A stretch of DNA of 64,000 nucleotides. Source: Escherichia phage vB_EcoM-UFV11. Each line of letters opens with the position of its first letter. Position 1 is the first letter of the stretch. This document shows, piece after piece, positions 45,654 through 63,079 of the stretch. The position numbers and the translations under genes were made by a program. Below the pieces are notes generated by a model, which was not told the origin of the DNA, made no database searches, and worked only from the letters and a program-made list of their open reading frames with translations. The stretch lies in sequence record OP555982.1; one strand, given 5' to 3'.

Positions 45654-47636
45654 ATGGCAAATACCCCTGTAAATTATCAATTAACAAGAACAGCAAATGC
45701 TATTCCCGAGATATTCGTCGGGGGTACGTTTGCTGAAATAAAACAAAACCTCATTGAATGGCTTAATGGCCAAAATGAATTTTTGGATTACGATTTTGAA
45801 GGCTCAAGATTAAACGTTCTGTGCGACCTTTTAGCTTATAATACATTGTACATTCAGCAGTTTGGTAATGCTGCTGTGTATGAAAGCTTTATGCGTACTG
45901 CTAACTTACGAAGTTCAGTTGTTCAGGCTGCACAAGATAATGGATATTTACCTACTTCAAAATCCGCTGCACAGACCGAAATTATGTTAACGTGTACAGA
46001 TGCATTGAATAGAAATTACATTACTATTCCTCGCGGTACTCGCTTTTTAGCATATGCAAAGGATACTTCTGTTAATCCATATAACTTCGTTTCTACCGAA
46101 GACGTTATTGCTATTCGTGATAAAAATAACCAATATTTTCCACGATTAAAATTAGCCCAGGGACGTATAGTAAGAACTGAAATCATTTATGATAAATTAA
46201 CACCTATTATCATTTATGACAAAAACATAGATAGAAACCAAGTTAAACTATACGTTGATGGAGCAGAATGGATTAACTGGACAAGAAAGTCAATGGTTCA
46301 TGCTGGTTCTACATCAACAATTTACTACATGCGTGAAACTATTGATGGAAACACTGAATTCTATTTTGGCGAAGGTGAAATTTCTGTTAATGCGGCAGAA
46401 GGAGCTCTAACTGCTAACTATATTGGAGGTCTTAAACCTACCCAGAACTCTACTATTGTTATTGAGTACATCAGTACTAACGGTGCAGATGCGAATGGTG
46501 CAGTCGGATTTTCATACGCAGATACATTAACAAATATAACTGTCATCAATATTAACGAAAATCCAAATGATGACCCAGATTTTGTTGGGGCAGATGGCGG
46601 TGGCGATCCAGAAGATATTGAGCGTATTCGCGAATTGGGTACTATTAAACGCGAAACCCAGCAACGCTGCGTAACTGCGACCGACTATGATACATTCGTC
46701 TCAGAAAGATTCGGTTCTATTATTCAAGCTGTTCAGACTTTCACTGATTCTACTAAACCTGGTTATGCATTTATTGCTGCTAAACCTAAATCAGGACTAT
46801 ATTTAACTACTGTGCAACGTGAAGATATTAAAAATTATCTCAAAGACTATAATTTAGCGCCTATTACACCGTCAATTATTTCTCCTAATTATCTTTTTAT
46901 TAAGACTAATTTAAAAGTCACATATGCTTTAAATAAACTACAAGAATCCGAACAGTGGCTTGAAGGTCAAATAATTGATAAAATTGATCGCTATTATACC
47001 GAAGATGTAGAAATTTTTAACTCATCTTTTGCCAAGTCTAAGATGTTAACTTACGTAGATGATGCAGATCATTCTATCATTGGTTCATCAGCGACTATTC
47101 AAATTGTTCGTGAAGTACAAAACTTCTATAAAACGCCTGAAGCAGGTATTAAATACAATAATCAAATAAAAGATCGTTCTATGGAATCTAATACGTTTTC
47201 ATTTAATTCTGGACGAAAGGTTGTAAATCCTGATACCGGTTTAGAAGAAGATGTATTATATGACGTTCGTATAGTATCAACAGACCGAGATTCTAAAGGA
47301 ATTGGTAAAGTTATTATTGGTCCATTTGCTTCTGGCGATGTTACAGAAAATGAAAACATTCAGCCGTATACAGGCAACGATTTTAACAAATTAGCAAATT
47401 CTGATGGACGCGACAAATACTATGTTATCGGTGAAATAAATTATCCAGCTGACATGATTTATTGGAATATCGCTAAAATTAATTTAACATCTGAAAAATT
47501 TGAAGTTCAGACTATTGAATTATATTCTGACCCAACCGATGATGTTATCTTTACTCGCGATGGTTCACTGATTGTATTTGAAAATGACTTACGTCCACAA
47601 TACTTAACTATCGATTTGGAGCCTATATCACAATGA
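45654..47636 (+). CDS. 6: baseplate wedge protein gp6
   Basis: 660 aa. Confidence 0.9.
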   Translation: MANTPVNYQLTRTANAIPEIFVGGTFAEIKQNLIEWLNGQNEFLDYDFEGSRLNVLCDLLAYNTLYIQQFGNAAVYESFMRTANLRSSVVQAAQDNGYLPTSKSAAQTEIMLTCTDALNRNYITIPRGTRFLAYAKDTSVNPYNFVSTEDVIAIRDKNNQYFPRLKLAQGRIVRTEIIYDKLTPIIIYDKNIDRNQVKLYVDGAEWINWTRKSMVHAGSTSTIYYMRETIDGNTEFYFGEGEISVNAAEGALTANYIGGLKPTQNSTIVIEYISTNGADANGAVGFSYADTLTNITVININENPNDDPDFVGADGGGDPEDIERIRELGTIKRETQQRCVTATDYDTFVSERFGSIIQAVQTFTDSTKPGYAFIAAKPKSGLYLTTVQREDIKNYLKDYNLAPITPSIISPNYLFIKTNLKVTYALNKLQESEQWLEGQIIDKIDRYYTEDVEIFNSSFAKSKMLTYVDDADHSIIGSSATIQIVREVQNFYKTPEAGIKYNNQIKDRSMESNTFSFNSGRKVVNPDTGLEEDVLYDVRIVSTDRDSKGIGKVIIGPFASGDVTENENIQPYTGNDFNKLANSDGRDKYYVIGEINYPADMIYWNIAKINLTSEKFEVQTIELYSDPTDDVIFTRDGSLIVFENDLRPQYLTIDLEPISQ

Positions 47637-50600
47637 CAGTAAAAGCACCTTCAGTCACTAGTCTCAGAATTTCCAAGTTATCCGCTAATCAGGTGCAAGT
47701 ACGCTGGGATGACGTTGGTGCTAATTTCTACTATTTTGTAGAAATCGCTGAGACAAAATCAAACTCGGGAAAAAATCTCCCGAGTAATCAATATCGTTGG
47801 ATTAATTTAGGATATACAGCAAATAATAGTTTCTTTTTTGATGATGCTGATCCATTGACATCATATGTTATTAGAGTAGCTACAGCTGCGCAAGATTTTG
47901 AGCAGTCTGATTGGATTTATACCGAAGAGTTTGAAACTTTTGCTACAAATGCTTATACATTTCAAAACATGATTGAAATGCAATTAGCCAATAAATTCAT
48001 TCAGGAAAAATTTACTCTTAATAATTCTGATTATGTTAATTTCAATAATGACACAATAATGGCTGCGTTGATGAATGAATCATTTCAGTTCAGCCCATCG
48101 TATGCTGATGTCTCATCAATCAGTAATTTTATTATTGGTGAAAATGAGTATCATGAAATACAAGGTTCTATTCAGCAAGTATGTAAGGATATTAACCGAG
48201 TTTATTTGATGGAATCAGAAGGAATTCTATATCTTTTTGAGCGCTATCAACCTGTAGTTAAAGTATCCAATGATAAAGGACAAACCTGGAAAGCTGTAAA
48301 GCTCTTCAATGACCGTGTAGGATATCCTTTATCTAAGACTGTATATTACCAATCTGCAAACACAACATACGTTCTAGGATATGATAAGATTTTCTATGGC
48401 CGTAAATCGACTGACGTTAGATGGTCAGCAGATGATGTCAGATTCAGTTCGCAGGATATAACATTTGCTAAATTAGGAGACCAACTTCATTTAGGATTCG
48501 ATGTTGAAATCTTCGCTACTTATGCGACTTTACCAGCGAATGTATATCGTATAGCTGAAGCCATCACTTGTACGGATGATTATATCTATGTTGTTGCCAG
48601 AGATAAAGTTAGATATATAAAAACGAGTAATGCACCTATAGATTCTGACCCGTTATCACCAACATACTCGGAAAGACTTTTTGAACCTGATACAATGACT
48701 ATAACTGGAAATCCTAAAGCTGTATGCTATAAAATGGATTCTATCGGTGATAAAGTTTTTGCTCTTATTATTGGTGAAGTTGAAACATTAAATGCTAATC
48801 CTAGAACATCAAAAATAATTGATTCTGCTGATAAAGGAATATATGTTTTAAATCACGACACAAAAACGTGGAAAAGAGTTTTTGGCAACACCGAAGAAGA
48901 AAGAAGACGTATTCAACCTGGATACGCAAACATGTCAACTGATGGTAAATTAGTTTCTCTGTCTTCGAGTAATTTTAAATTTTTAAGTGATAACATTGTT
49001 AATGACCCTGAAACTGCTGTAAAATACCAGTTAATCGATGCTGTTAAATATGAATTTCCTCGCGAATGGTTAGCTGATAAACATTATCATATGATGGCGT
49101 TTATAGCGGATGAAAAATCTGATTGGGAGACTTTTACTCCTCAACCGATGAAATACTACGCAGAACCGTTCTTTAATTGGTCTAAAAAATCTAACACTCG
49201 TTGTTGGATAAACAACTCTGATAAAGCTGTTGTAGTTTATGCAGATTTGAAATACACCAAAGTTATTGAAAATATTCCAGAAACGTCACCAGATAGATTA
49301 GTACATGAATACTGGGATGATGGCGATTGCACTATAGTAATGCCAAATGTTAAATTCACTGGATTTAAAAAATACGCATCAGGAATGCTTTTTTATAAAT
49401 CTTCTGGTGAAATAATTTCTTATTATGATTTTAACTATCGTGTGAGAGATACAGTAGAAATTATTTGGAAGCCGACTGAAGTATTTTTAAAAGCATTTTT
49501 ACAAAACCAAGAGCGTGAAACTCCTTGGTCACCAGAAGAAGAACGTGGATTAGCTGACCCTGATTTAAGACCATTAATTGGCACAATGATGCCTGATTCT
49601 TATTTGTTACAAGATTCTAATTTTGAGGCATTTTGTGAAGCATATATTCAATATCTTTCTGACGGATATGGAACTCAGTATAACAATTTACGAAATTTAA
49701 TTCGTAACCAATATCCACGAGAAGAGCATGCGTGGGAATATTTATGGTCAGAAATATATAAAAGAAACATTTATTTAAATGCTGACAAACGCGATGCTGT
49801 TGCAAGATTTTTTGAATCACGTAGCTATGATTTTTATTCTACTAAAGGAATTGAAGCATCATATAAATTTCTTTTTAAAGTTCTTTATAATGAAGAAGTT
49901 GAAATTGAAATTGAATCGGGAGCAGGTACTGAATATGATGTAATCATTCAATCTGATTCTCTTACAGAAGATTTAGTAGGACAAACTATCTATACTGCAA
50001 CTGGAAGATGTAATGTTACTTATATAGAAAGAAGTTATTCTAACGGTAAATTGCAATGGACCGTGACTATACATAATCTTTTGGGGCGGTTAATAGCAGG
50101 ACAAGAAGTTAAAGCAGAAAGACTTCCGGGCTTTGAAGGCGAAATTATTCGTGGGGTTAAAGGAAAAGATTTGCTTCAAAATAATATAGACTATATTAAT
50201 AGAAGTAGATCATATTATGTAATGAAAATTAAATCCAATTTACCTTCTTCCCGCTGGAAATCTGACGTTATTCGTTTTGTTCACCCAGTAGGATTTGGAT
50301 TTATAGCAATCACGCTTTTAACTATGTTTATTAATGTCGGTTTAACTCTTAAACACACAGAGACAATAATTAATAAATATAAAAACTACAAATGGGATTC
50401 TGGATTACCTACTGAATACGCAGACCGTGTAGCTAAATTGACTCCTACCGGTGAAATTGAACATGATTCAGTAACGGGTGAAGCAATTTATGAACCTGGT
50501 CCAATGTCCGGTATAGAATATCCTCTTCCTGGCGACTATAATACCGAAAATAATAATTCAGTATTTCAAGGTCAATTGCCGTCTGAACGACGTAAATTAA

Positions 50601-50731
50601 TGAGTCCTTTATTTGATGCATCTGGAACAACATTTGCACAATTTAGAGATTTAGTTAATAAACGTCTAAAAGATAATATAGGAAATCCAAGAGACCCTGA
50701 AAATCCAACACAGGTTAAAATAGATGAATGA
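47633..50731 (+). CDS. 7: baseplate wedge protein gp7
   Basis: 1032 aa. Confidence 0.9.
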   Translation: MTVKAPSVTSLRISKLSANQVQVRWDDVGANFYYFVEIAETKSNSGKNLPSNQYRWINLGYTANNSFFFDDADPLTSYVIRVATAAQDFEQSDWIYTEEFETFATNAYTFQNMIEMQLANKFIQEKFTLNNSDYVNFNNDTIMAALMNESFQFSPSYADVSSISNFIIGENEYHEIQGSIQQVCKDINRVYLMESEGILYLFERYQPVVKVSNDKGQTWKAVKLFNDRVGYPLSKTVYYQSANTTYVLGYDKIFYGRKSTDVRWSADDVRFSSQDITFAKLGDQLHLGFDVEIFATYATLPANVYRIAEAITCTDDYIYVVARDKVRYIKTSNAPIDSDPLSPTYSERLFEPDTMTITGNPKAVCYKMDSIGDKVFALIIGEVETLNANPRTSKIIDSADKGIYVLNHDTKTWKRVFGNTEEERRRIQPGYANMSTDGKLVSLSSSNFKFLSDNIVNDPETAVKYQLIDAVKYEFPREWLADKHYHMMAFIADEKSDWETFTPQPMKYYAEPFFNWSKKSNTRCWINNSDKAVVVYADLKYTKVIENIPETSPDRLVHEYWDDGDCTIVMPNVKFTGFKKYASGMLFYKSSGEIISYYDFNYRVRDTVEIIWKPTEVFLKAFLQNQERETPWSPEEERGLADPDLRPLIGTMMPDSYLLQDSNFEAFCEAYIQYLSDGYGTQYNNLRNLIRNQYPREEHAWEYLWSEIYKRNIYLNADKRDAVARFFESRSYDFYSTKGIEASYKFLFKVLYNEEVEIEIESGAGTEYDVIIQSDSLTEDLVGQTIYTATGRCNVTYIERSYSNGKLQWTVTIHNLLGRLIAGQEVKAERLPGFEGEIIRGVKGKDLLQNNIDYINRSRSYYVMKIKSNLPSSRWKSDVIRFVHPVGFGFIAITLLTMFINVGLTLKHTETIINKYKNYKWDSGLPTEYADRVAKLTPTGEIEHDSVTGEAIYEPGPMSGIEYPLPGDYNTENNNSVFQGQLPSERRKLMSPLFDASGTTFAQFRDLVNKRLKDNIGNPRDPENPTQVKIDE

Positions 50732-51728
50732 TTCAAGTGTTATCTATCGTGCGATAGTTACTTCAAAATTTAGAACAGAAAAAATGTTGAATTTTTATAA
50801 TTCAATTGGAAGTGGTCCGGATAAAAACACTATCTTTATCACATTTGGAAGATCAGAACCGTGGTCATCAAATGAAAATGAGGTGGGCTTTGCCCCACCT
50901 TATCCTACCGATTCTGTATTAGGTGTAACTGACATGTGGACTCATATGATGGGAACAGTAAAAGTTCTTCCATCAATGCTTGATGCTGTTATTCCTCGCA
51001 GAGATTGGGGAGATACTAGATATCCGGATCCATACACATTTAGAATTAATGATATTGTAGTGTGCAACTCAGCTCCTTACAACGCTACTGAATCAGGCGC
51101 AGGCTGGTTAGTATATCGTTGTTTAGATGTTCCTGATACCGGAATGTGTTCAATAGCATCTTTAACTAATAAGGATGAATGTCTTAAATTAGGTGGAAAA
51201 TGGACTCCTTCTGCTAGGTCAATGACTCCTCCTGAAGGCCGAGGAGATGCTGAAGGAACAATTGAACCTGGCGATGGATATGTATGGGAATATCTTTTTG
51301 AGATTCCGCCTGATGTATCTATAAATAGATGCACGAATGAGTATATTGTAGTTCCTTGGCCTGAGGAATTAAAAGAAGACCCGACTAGATGGGGGTATGA
51401 AGATAATCTCACTTGGCAGCAAGATGATTTTGGATTAATTTACCGTGTTAAGGCAAATACTATCCGTTTTAAAGCATATTTAGATTCAGTTTATTTTCCT
51501 GAAGCTGCATTGCCGGGAAATAAAGGATTTAGACAAATATCAATAATTACGAATCCTCTTGAAGCTAAAGCTCATCCAAATGACCCAAATGTTAAAGCTG
51601 AAAAGGATTATTATGATCCGGAAGATTTAATGAGGCATTCGGGCGAAATGATTTATATGGAAAATAGGCCACCTATTATTATGGCAATGGATCAGACAGA
51701 AGAAATCAATATTCTGTTTACATTTTAA
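50724..51728 (+). CDS. 8: baseplate wedge protein gp8
   Basis: 334 aa. Confidence 0.9.
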   Translation: MNDSSVIYRAIVTSKFRTEKMLNFYNSIGSGPDKNTIFITFGRSEPWSSNENEVGFAPPYPTDSVLGVTDMWTHMMGTVKVLPSMLDAVIPRRDWGDTRYPDPYTFRINDIVVCNSAPYNATESGAGWLVYRCLDVPDTGMCSIASLTNKDECLKLGGKWTPSARSMTPPEGRGDAEGTIEPGDGYVWEYLFEIPPDVSINRCTNEYIVVPWPEELKEDPTRWGYEDNLTWQQDDFGLIYRVKANTIRFKAYLDSVYFPEAALPGNKGFRQISIITNPLEAKAHPNDPNVKAEKDYYDPEDLMRHSGEMIYMENRPPIIMAMDQTEEINILFTF

Positions 51729-51733
51729 ATTAA

Positions 51734-51757
51734 GGGAGCCCATGGGCTCCCTTTTTC
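51734..51757 (+). terminator. intrinsic terminator after gene 8
   Basis: gggagcccatgggctccc perfect stem followed by TTTTT. Confidence 0.65.
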
Positions 51758-51759
51758 TT

Positions 51760-51767
51760 TATAAATA
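51760..51767 (+). promoter_or_regulatory. T4 late promoter TATAAATA for gene 9
   Basis: exact TATAAATA 25 nt upstream of the gene 9 ATG. Confidence 0.65.
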
Positions 51768-51791
51768 CTATAAACTCATAAGGAAACCGCT

Positions 51792-52658
51792 ATGTTCATT
51801 CAAGAACCAAAGAAATTGATTGATACCGGCGAAATTGGTAACGCTTCTACTGGTGATATCTTATTCGACGGTGGTAATAAAATTAATAGTGATTTTAACG
51901 CAATTTATAACGCGTTTGGCGATCAACGTAAAATGGCAGTAGCAAATGGCACTGGAGCAGATGGTCAAATTATCCATGCTACTGGATATTATCAAAAACA
52001 CTCTATTGCAGAGTATGCAACTCCAGTAAAAGTTGGCACTAGGCATGATATTGATACCTCTACTGTAGGTGTTAAAGTTATCATTGAAAGAGGCGAACTT
52101 GGCGACTGCGTTGAATTTATTAACTCAAATGGATCAATATCAGTTACTAATCCTTTAACGATTCAAGCTATTGATTCAATTAAAGGCGTTTCAGGTAATT
52201 TAGTAGTAACTAGTCCATATAGTAAAGTTACCTTACGTTGTATTTCATCTGATAATTCTACGTCGGTTTGGAATTATTCTATTGAAAGTATGTTTGGTCA
52301 AAAGGAATCACCTGCTGAAGGTACATGGAATATTTCTACATCTGGATCAGTTGACATTCCACTATTTCATCGCACTGAATACAATATGGCTAAATTGCTA
52401 GTTACGTGCCAATCAGTAGATGGAAGAAAAATTAAAACAGCAGAAATAAATATTCTTGTGGATACTGTTAATTCAGAAGTTATTTCTTCTGAGTATGCTG
52501 TCATGCGAGTTGGAAATGAAACAGAAGAAGACGAAATCGCTAATATTGCATTTAGTATTAAAGAAAATTACGTAACGGCGACTATAAGTTCTTCAACTGT
52601 CGGTATGAGAGCAGCAGTTAAAGTTATCGCTACGCAGAAAATCGGGGTGGCTCAATAA
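51792..52658 (+). CDS. 9: baseplate protein gp9 (long tail fibre socket)
   Basis: 288 aa. Confidence 0.9.
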   Translation: MFIQEPKKLIDTGEIGNASTGDILFDGGNKINSDFNAIYNAFGDQRKMAVANGTGADGQIIHATGYYQKHSIAEYATPVKVGTRHDIDTSTVGVKVIIERGELGDCVEFINSNGSISVTNPLTIQAIDSIKGVSGNLVVTSPYSKVTLRCISSDNSTSVWNYSIESMFGQKESPAEGTWNISTSGSVDIPLFHRTEYNMAKLLVTCQSVDGRKIKTAEINILVDTVNSEVISSEYAVMRVGNETEEDEIANIAFSIKENYVTATISSSTVGMRAAVKVIATQKIGVAQ

Positions 52659-54463
52659 TGAAACAAAATATTAATATCGGTAATGTTGTAGATGATGGTA
52701 CCGGTGACTACCTGCGTAAAGGTGGTATAAAAATAAATGAAAACTTTGATGAGCTTTATTATGAACTCGGTGATGGTAATGTTCCATATTCAGCCGGTGC
52801 CTGGAAAACTTATAATGCTTCATCTGGGCAAACATTAAAAGCTGAATGGGGAAAATCATACGCTATTAATACTTCGTCTGGAAGAGTAACACTGCAACTT
52901 CCTAAAGGAACTGTTAATGATTATAATAAAGTAATTAGAGCTAGGGATGTATTTGCAACATGGAATGTTAATCCAGTTACTTTAGTAGCCTCTTCTGGTG
53001 ATACTATCAAAGGATCATCGTCATCGGTTGAAATTAACGTTCAATTTAGTGATTTAGAGCTAGTTTATTGCGCTCCGGGTCGTTGGGAATATGTCAAAAA
53101 TAAACAAATTGACAAAATTATTAGTTCAGACATTAGCAATGTAGCTCGTAAAGAATTTTTAGTCGAAGTTCAAGGACAAACAGACTTTTTAGATATTTTC
53201 CGTGGAACTAGTTATAATGTTAATAACATCAGAGTAAAACACCGCGGTAACGAATTGTATTACGGCGATGTTTTTAGCGAAAACAGTGACTTTGGCTCTC
53301 CAGGGGAAAATGAAGGAGAATTGGTTCCTCTTGATGGATTTAATATTAGATTAAGACAGCCTTGTAATATTGGTGACACTGTTCAAATTGAAACATTTAT
53401 GGATGGTGTATCGCAGTGGAGAAGTTCATACACAAGACGTCAAATAAAAGTATTAGATTCAAAATTAACATCAAAAACTTCTTTGGAAGGAAGTATTTAC
53501 GTTACTGATTTATCGACAATGAAATCAATTCCATTCTCCGCATTTGGATTAATTCCAGGAGAACCTATTAATCCTAATTCTCTTGAAGTTCGTTTTAATG
53601 GAATTTTACAACAACAAGCTGGAACAGCAGGATATCCTCTGTTTTTATGTGAAGGCGCTAATTCAGATACACAAGAAGGATGTATATCTCTTGGTGGTGA
53701 ATGGAAAGAATCAAACACAGATTATTCTATAGAATATGAAGATGGAAAACCGATCAGTCTTTTATTTGATAGAAAATTTGAATCAGGTGATATAATCGTT
53801 ATAACATGGTTCAATAATGATTTAGGAACTCTTTTGGAAAAAGATGACATTATTGAATTAACTGATGAACGCTATGTTAGCAAAGGATCATCTACTGAAG
53901 TTACTGGTGATGTAGCCTTAACTGATTTTGATAAAATCGGTTGGCCAAATGTTGAAAAAGTTGATTCTTATACTAGAACATATAATTCAATATCATCTAT
54001 TTTCGATAGCATTTATCCCATTGGTTCAATTTATGAAAATGCTATAAACCCAAATAATCCGGTGACTTATATGGGATTTGGTTCATGGAAATTATTTGGT
54101 AAAGGACAAGTTTTAGTAGGATGGAATGATGATGTTACGGATCCAAACTTTGCATTAAATAACAATGATTTAGATTCTAGCGGAAATCCTTCGCATACTG
54201 CCGGTGGAACAGTTGGAACAACATCAGTGACACTTGAGAACGCAAATCTTCCTGCGACTAAAACTGATGAAAAAGTTTTAATTGAAGATGAAAACGGATC
54301 AGTTATTATTGGAGGTTGCCAATATGACCCAGATGAAACTGGTCCTATATATACAAAATATCGTGAAGACTACGCAACAACAAACTCTTCACATACTCCT
54401 CCTGCTAATATTAGTAATATTCAACCGTCTATTACTGTATACCGTTGGATAAGGATTGCATAA
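52658..54463 (+). CDS. 10: baseplate wedge protein gp10
   Basis: 601 aa. Confidence 0.9.
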   Translation: MKQNINIGNVVDDGTGDYLRKGGIKINENFDELYYELGDGNVPYSAGAWKTYNASSGQTLKAEWGKSYAINTSSGRVTLQLPKGTVNDYNKVIRARDVFATWNVNPVTLVASSGDTIKGSSSSVEINVQFSDLELVYCAPGRWEYVKNKQIDKIISSDISNVARKEFLVEVQGQTDFLDIFRGTSYNVNNIRVKHRGNELYYGDVFSENSDFGSPGENEGELVPLDGFNIRLRQPCNIGDTVQIETFMDGVSQWRSSYTRRQIKVLDSKLTSKTSLEGSIYVTDLSTMKSIPFSAFGLIPGEPINPNSLEVRFNGILQQQAGTAGYPLFLCEGANSDTQEGCISLGGEWKESNTDYSIEYEDGKPISLLFDRKFESGDIIVITWFNNDLGTLLEKDDIIELTDERYVSKGSSTEVTGDVALTDFDKIGWPNVEKVDSYTRTYNSISSIFDSIYPIGSIYENAINPNNPVTYMGFGSWKLFGKGQVLVGWNDDVTDPNFALNNNDLDSSGNPSHTAGGTVGTTSVTLENANLPATKTDEKVLIEDENGSVIIGGCQYDPDETGPIYTKYREDYATTNSSHTPPANISNIQPSITVYRWIRIA

Positions 54464-55122
54464 TGAGTTTACTTAATAATAAAGCGGGAGTTATTTCCCG
54501 CTTAGCAGATTTTCTTGGTTTTAGAACTAAGAAAAATGATATTTCGGTTATGAATAATCAGCCGGTAGGTGCTGTAACAATTTCACAAATAGCAAAAGGT
54601 TTTTATGACCCAAATGTAGAATCTGCTATCAATGATGTTAGAAATATGGCAGAGCAACAGGTTGGAGCTGTATTAGTTAATATAAGTGGCGTATCTCCTA
54701 CCGGCGTGCAGCAAACAGACTATTGGTCATTTGAAGGAACTGTTACTGATACTTCAGCCAAACCAGGTGACCCAGTTATTGTTAATATGTTTGGCATTCC
54801 TGTTAAAGCTACTAATGGAATGACTTCAATCGAATTTACCAGTGCCGTTAGAACAGCTCTGCAGGAAATGGTTGCAAAATTTATTGCAATTGATTCATTT
54901 GAAGACCATCCTACCATAGGAAATAAAATACAAGTTAAGTATTTAGATAACCAAGAACATATCTTAGAACAATACTCTGATAAAGGAATTACTTTCAAAC
55001 AGGAAATAATTTCTCCTTCTAAACCTGGGTATGGAACTTGGCAATTATTAGGTGCGCAAACTGTTACGCTAGATAGTCACACCCAACCTACAGTATTTTA
55101 TTATTTTGAGAGAATAGCATGA
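54463..55122 (+). CDS. 11: baseplate protein gp11 (short tail fibre attachment)
   Basis: 219 aa from MSLLNNKAG; TAATG coupling to gene 10. Confidence 0.85.
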   Translation: MSLLNNKAGVISRLADFLGFRTKKNDISVMNNQPVGAVTISQIAKGFYDPNVESAINDVRNMAEQQVGAVLVNISGVSPTGVQQTDYWSFEGTVTDTSAKPGDPVIVNMFGIPVKATNGMTSIEFTSAVRTALQEMVAKFIAIDSFEDHPTIGNKIQVKYLDNQEHILEQYSDKGITFKQEIISPSKPGYGTWQLLGAQTVTLDSHTQPTVFYYFERIA

Positions 55123-56669
55123 GTAACAATACATATCAGCACGTATCAAATGAATCAAAATACGTTAAATTCGATCCTGCAGGATCGAATTTTCCTGACA
55201 CTGTCACGACAGTGCAGTCAGCATTATCAAAAATAAGTAATATCGGCGTAAATGGTATTCCTGATGCAACTATGGAAGTTAAAGGAATAGCAATGATTGC
55301 ATCGGAGCAAGAGGTTTTAGATGGAACTAATAATTCTAAAATCGTTACACCAGCTACATTAGCAACAAGATTATTGTATCCAAATGCTACTGAAACTAAA
55401 TATGGATTAACGCGCTATTCAACAAATGAAGAAACTTTAGAAGGCTCAGATAATAATTCATCAATAACGCCGCAAAAACTGAAATACCATACTGACGATG
55501 TATTCCAAAATAGGTATTCATCTGAATCATCAAATGGAGTTATTAAAATATCATCTACTCCTGCGGCTTTGGCTGGTATAGATGATACTACGGCGATGAC
55601 TCCGTTGAAAACCCAAAAACTCGCAATAAAATTAATTTCGCAAATAGCTCCTTCAGAAGACACAGCATCAGAATCTGTTAGAGGTGTAGTTCAGTTATCA
55701 ACTGTCGCTCAAACTCGTCAAGGAACTCTCCGCGAAGGATATGCAATTTCTCCGTATACCTTTATGAATTCTGTTGCAACACAAGAATATAAGGGTGTTA
55801 TACGTTTAGGAACACAATCAGAAATTAACAGTAATTTGGGAGATGTTGCAGTAACAGGTGAAACATTAAATGGTCGAGGAGCTACCGGTTCTATGCGTGG
55901 GGTAGTAAAATTAACGACGCAAGCCGGTATTGCCCCTGAAGGTGATAGCTCTGGAGCATTAGCATGGAACGCAGATGTAATTAATACTCGCGGTGGACAA
56001 ACTATTAATGGTTCTTTAAATTTAGATCATTTAACAGCAAATGGAATTTGGTCGCGCGGCGGAATGTGGAAAAATGGCGATCAACCTGTTGCCACTGAAA
56101 GATATGCGTCCGAAAGGGTTCCAGTTGGAACTATTATGATGTTTGCTGGAGATTCAGCTCCTCCTGGTTGGATTATGTGTCATGGTGGAACCGTGTCAGG
56201 AGATCAATATCCTGATTATAGAAACACAGTTGGAACGAGATTTGGTGGCGATTGGAATAATCCTGGCATTCCTGATATGCGAGGTCTTTTCGTCAGAGGA
56301 GCTGGTACTGGTGGTCATATTTTAAATCAACGAGGGCAAGATGGTTACGGGAAGGATAGACTTGGTGTAGGATGTGACGGAATGCATGTTGGCGGTGTTC
56401 AAGCACAACAGATGTCATACCATAAACATGCTGGTGGTTGGGGAGAATACCAAAGACATGAAGCTCCATTTGGCGCGTCCGTTTATCAAGGATATCTTGG
56501 AACTGGAAAACATGCCGACTGGGATAATGCTTCATACTTCACTAATGATGGATTTGAATTAGGTGGACCGAGAGATGCCCTTGGTACACTTAATCGTGAA
56601 GGATTAATTGGTTATGAAACTAGACCATGGAATATATCATTAAACTATATTATTAAAATTCATTACTAA
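55119..56669 (+). CDS. 12: short tail fibre protein gp12
   Basis: 516 aa; repetitive N-terminal shaft; Zn-binding HxH-containing C-terminal knob. Confidence 0.9.
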   Translation: MSNNTYQHVSNESKYVKFDPAGSNFPDTVTTVQSALSKISNIGVNGIPDATMEVKGIAMIASEQEVLDGTNNSKIVTPATLATRLLYPNATETKYGLTRYSTNEETLEGSDNNSSITPQKLKYHTDDVFQNRYSSESSNGVIKISSTPAALAGIDDTTAMTPLKTQKLAIKLISQIAPSEDTASESVRGVVQLSTVAQTRQGTLREGYAISPYTFMNSVATQEYKGVIRLGTQSEINSNLGDVAVTGETLNGRGATGSMRGVVKLTTQAGIAPEGDSSGALAWNADVINTRGGQTINGSLNLDHLTANGIWSRGGMWKNGDQPVATERYASERVPVGTIMMFAGDSAPPGWIMCHGGTVSGDQYPDYRNTVGTRFGGDWNNPGIPDMRGLFVRGAGTGGHILNQRGQDGYGKDRLGVGCDGMHVGGVQAQQMSYHKHAGGWGEYQRHEAPFGASVYQGYLGTGKHADWDNASYFTNDGFELGGPRDALGTLNREGLIGYETRPWNISLNYIIKIHY

Positions 56670-56678
56670 GGATTACAA

Positions 56679-58136
56679 ATGATTGAATTAAAAGATTTAC
56701 CTTTTGTTGATAGCGTTCCTGACGAAGGTCAGGAGCGTATTTCATGGATTAAAAATGGTGAAGAAATACTAGGAGCTAGTACTAAGTATGGAAACGATGG
56801 ATCAATGAATAGACCAACTGTGTCCGTATTTAAAAATGTTGAGGTTCTTGATGAAAATATAGGAATTCTTAAAACTGCCGTTGAAACATCACAGGAAGAT
56901 ATTAAAACAATTCAAGGCATTTTGGATGTATCTGGAGATATCGAAGCACTATCACAGATTAGCGTTAATAAAAATGACATATCAAATTTAAAGACGCTTA
57001 CGAATGAACACACTGATATATTAAATGGTACAAATGCCACTGTTGACCGCATTCTTTCTGATATAGGTCCATTTAATGAACACGCAAATTCAGTTTATAG
57101 AACAGTTCGAAATGATTTGTTATGGATTAAAAGAGAATTAGGGCAATATGCTGGACAAGATATTAATGGTCTTCCTGTTGTAGGAAATAGCAGCACGGGT
57201 ATGAAGCACCGTATCATTAATAATACAGATGCTATAACTTCCCAAGGAATACGTCTAAGTGATTTGGAAGAAAAATTTATTGAATCTGATGTAGGTTCAC
57301 TGACAATTGAAGTTGGAAATCTTAGACAAGAACTTGGACAAAGACCATCTTCATTTAGTGAAAGCATATATTCACGTGTGCATAATTTAGATCAATCGCA
57401 GATTAATCTTAGTTCCGAAATTAAATCTATCAAAACTTCTATTGGATATCCAGGAAATACTTCAATAATCACAGATGTCAATGTCAATAGTCAAGAAATT
57501 TCAGCTTTAAATGATGAACTAAATAAAAGTGGCGGCGTTAAACAGCGATTAACTGTTATTGAAACATCGATTGGTTCAGATGATATTCCTTCTAGTATTA
57601 AAGGTCAAATTAAAGATAATACAACTTCTATTGAATCTTTAAATGGAATTGTAGGTGAAAACACCTCGTCCGGTTTAAGAGCTAACGTTTCATGGCTAAA
57701 TCAGATAGTTGGAACTGATTCTAGCGGAGGTCAACCTTCTCCTCCGGGGTCTCTTTTAAATAGAGTTTCAACAGTTGAAACCTCTGTTAATAGACTTAAC
57801 AATGATGTTCAAAACTTACAGGTTGAAATTGGTAATAACAATTCCGGAATTAAAGGGCAAGTTGTAACACTAAATAAATTAGTAAATGGAACAAATCCGA
57901 ATGGTTCAACTGTCGAAGAACGCGGATTGACTAATTCAATAAAAGCTAATGAGACTAACATTTCTTCAATTAATCAAGAGATTCGTAGTATTAAAGGTAA
58001 TGTGTCCTCATTACAGAGGGATGTCCAGACTTTACAAGAAGCTGGTTATATTCCTGAAGCTCCAAAAGATGGTCAAGCTTACGTTCGTAAAGACGGCGAA
58101 TGGGTATTGCTTTCTACCTTTTTATCACCAGCATAA
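56679..58136 (+). CDS. wac: fibritin (whisker antigen control protein)
   Basis: 485 aa coiled coil ending in foldon [27 protein letters not shown]. Confidence 0.95.
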   Translation: MIELKDLPFVDSVPDEGQERISWIKNGEEILGASTKYGNDGSMNRPTVSVFKNVEVLDENIGILKTAVETSQEDIKTIQGILDVSGDIEALSQISVNKNDISNLKTLTNEHTDILNGTNATVDRILSDIGPFNEHANSVYRTVRNDLLWIKRELGQYAGQDINGLPVVGNSSTGMKHRIINNTDAITSQGIRLSDLEEKFIESDVGSLTIEVGNLRQELGQRPSSFSESIYSRVHNLDQSQINLSSEIKSIKTSIGYPGNTSIITDVNVNSQEISALNDELNKSGGVKQRLTVIETSIGSDDIPSSIKGQIKDNTTSIESLNGIVGENTSSGLRANVSWLNQIVGTDSSGGQPSPPGSLLNRVSTVETSVNRLNNDVQNLQVEIGNNNSGIKGQVVTLNKLVNGTNPNGSTVEERGLTNSIKANETNISSINQEIRSIKGNVSSLQRDVQTLQEAGYIPEAPKDGQAYVRKDGEWVLLSTFLSPA

Positions 58137-58140
58137 CATG

Positions 58141-58154
58141 GGGCCGCAAGGCCC
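58141..58154 (+). terminator. GC hairpin with GNRA loop after wac (weak terminator/stabiliser)
   Basis: gggcc-gcaa-ggccc; no strong T-tract. Confidence 0.4.
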
Positions 58155-58167
58155 TAAAGGATTTTAA

Positions 58168-59869
<1,702 letters not shown>

Positions 59870-59910
59870 TAAATATTATAAACTAATTAAAGCCCAGATT
59901 AGGAGAAATC

Positions 59911-63051
<3,141 letters not shown>

Positions 63052-63079
63052 TATTAAAGCATATTAAAGAGGATTAAAA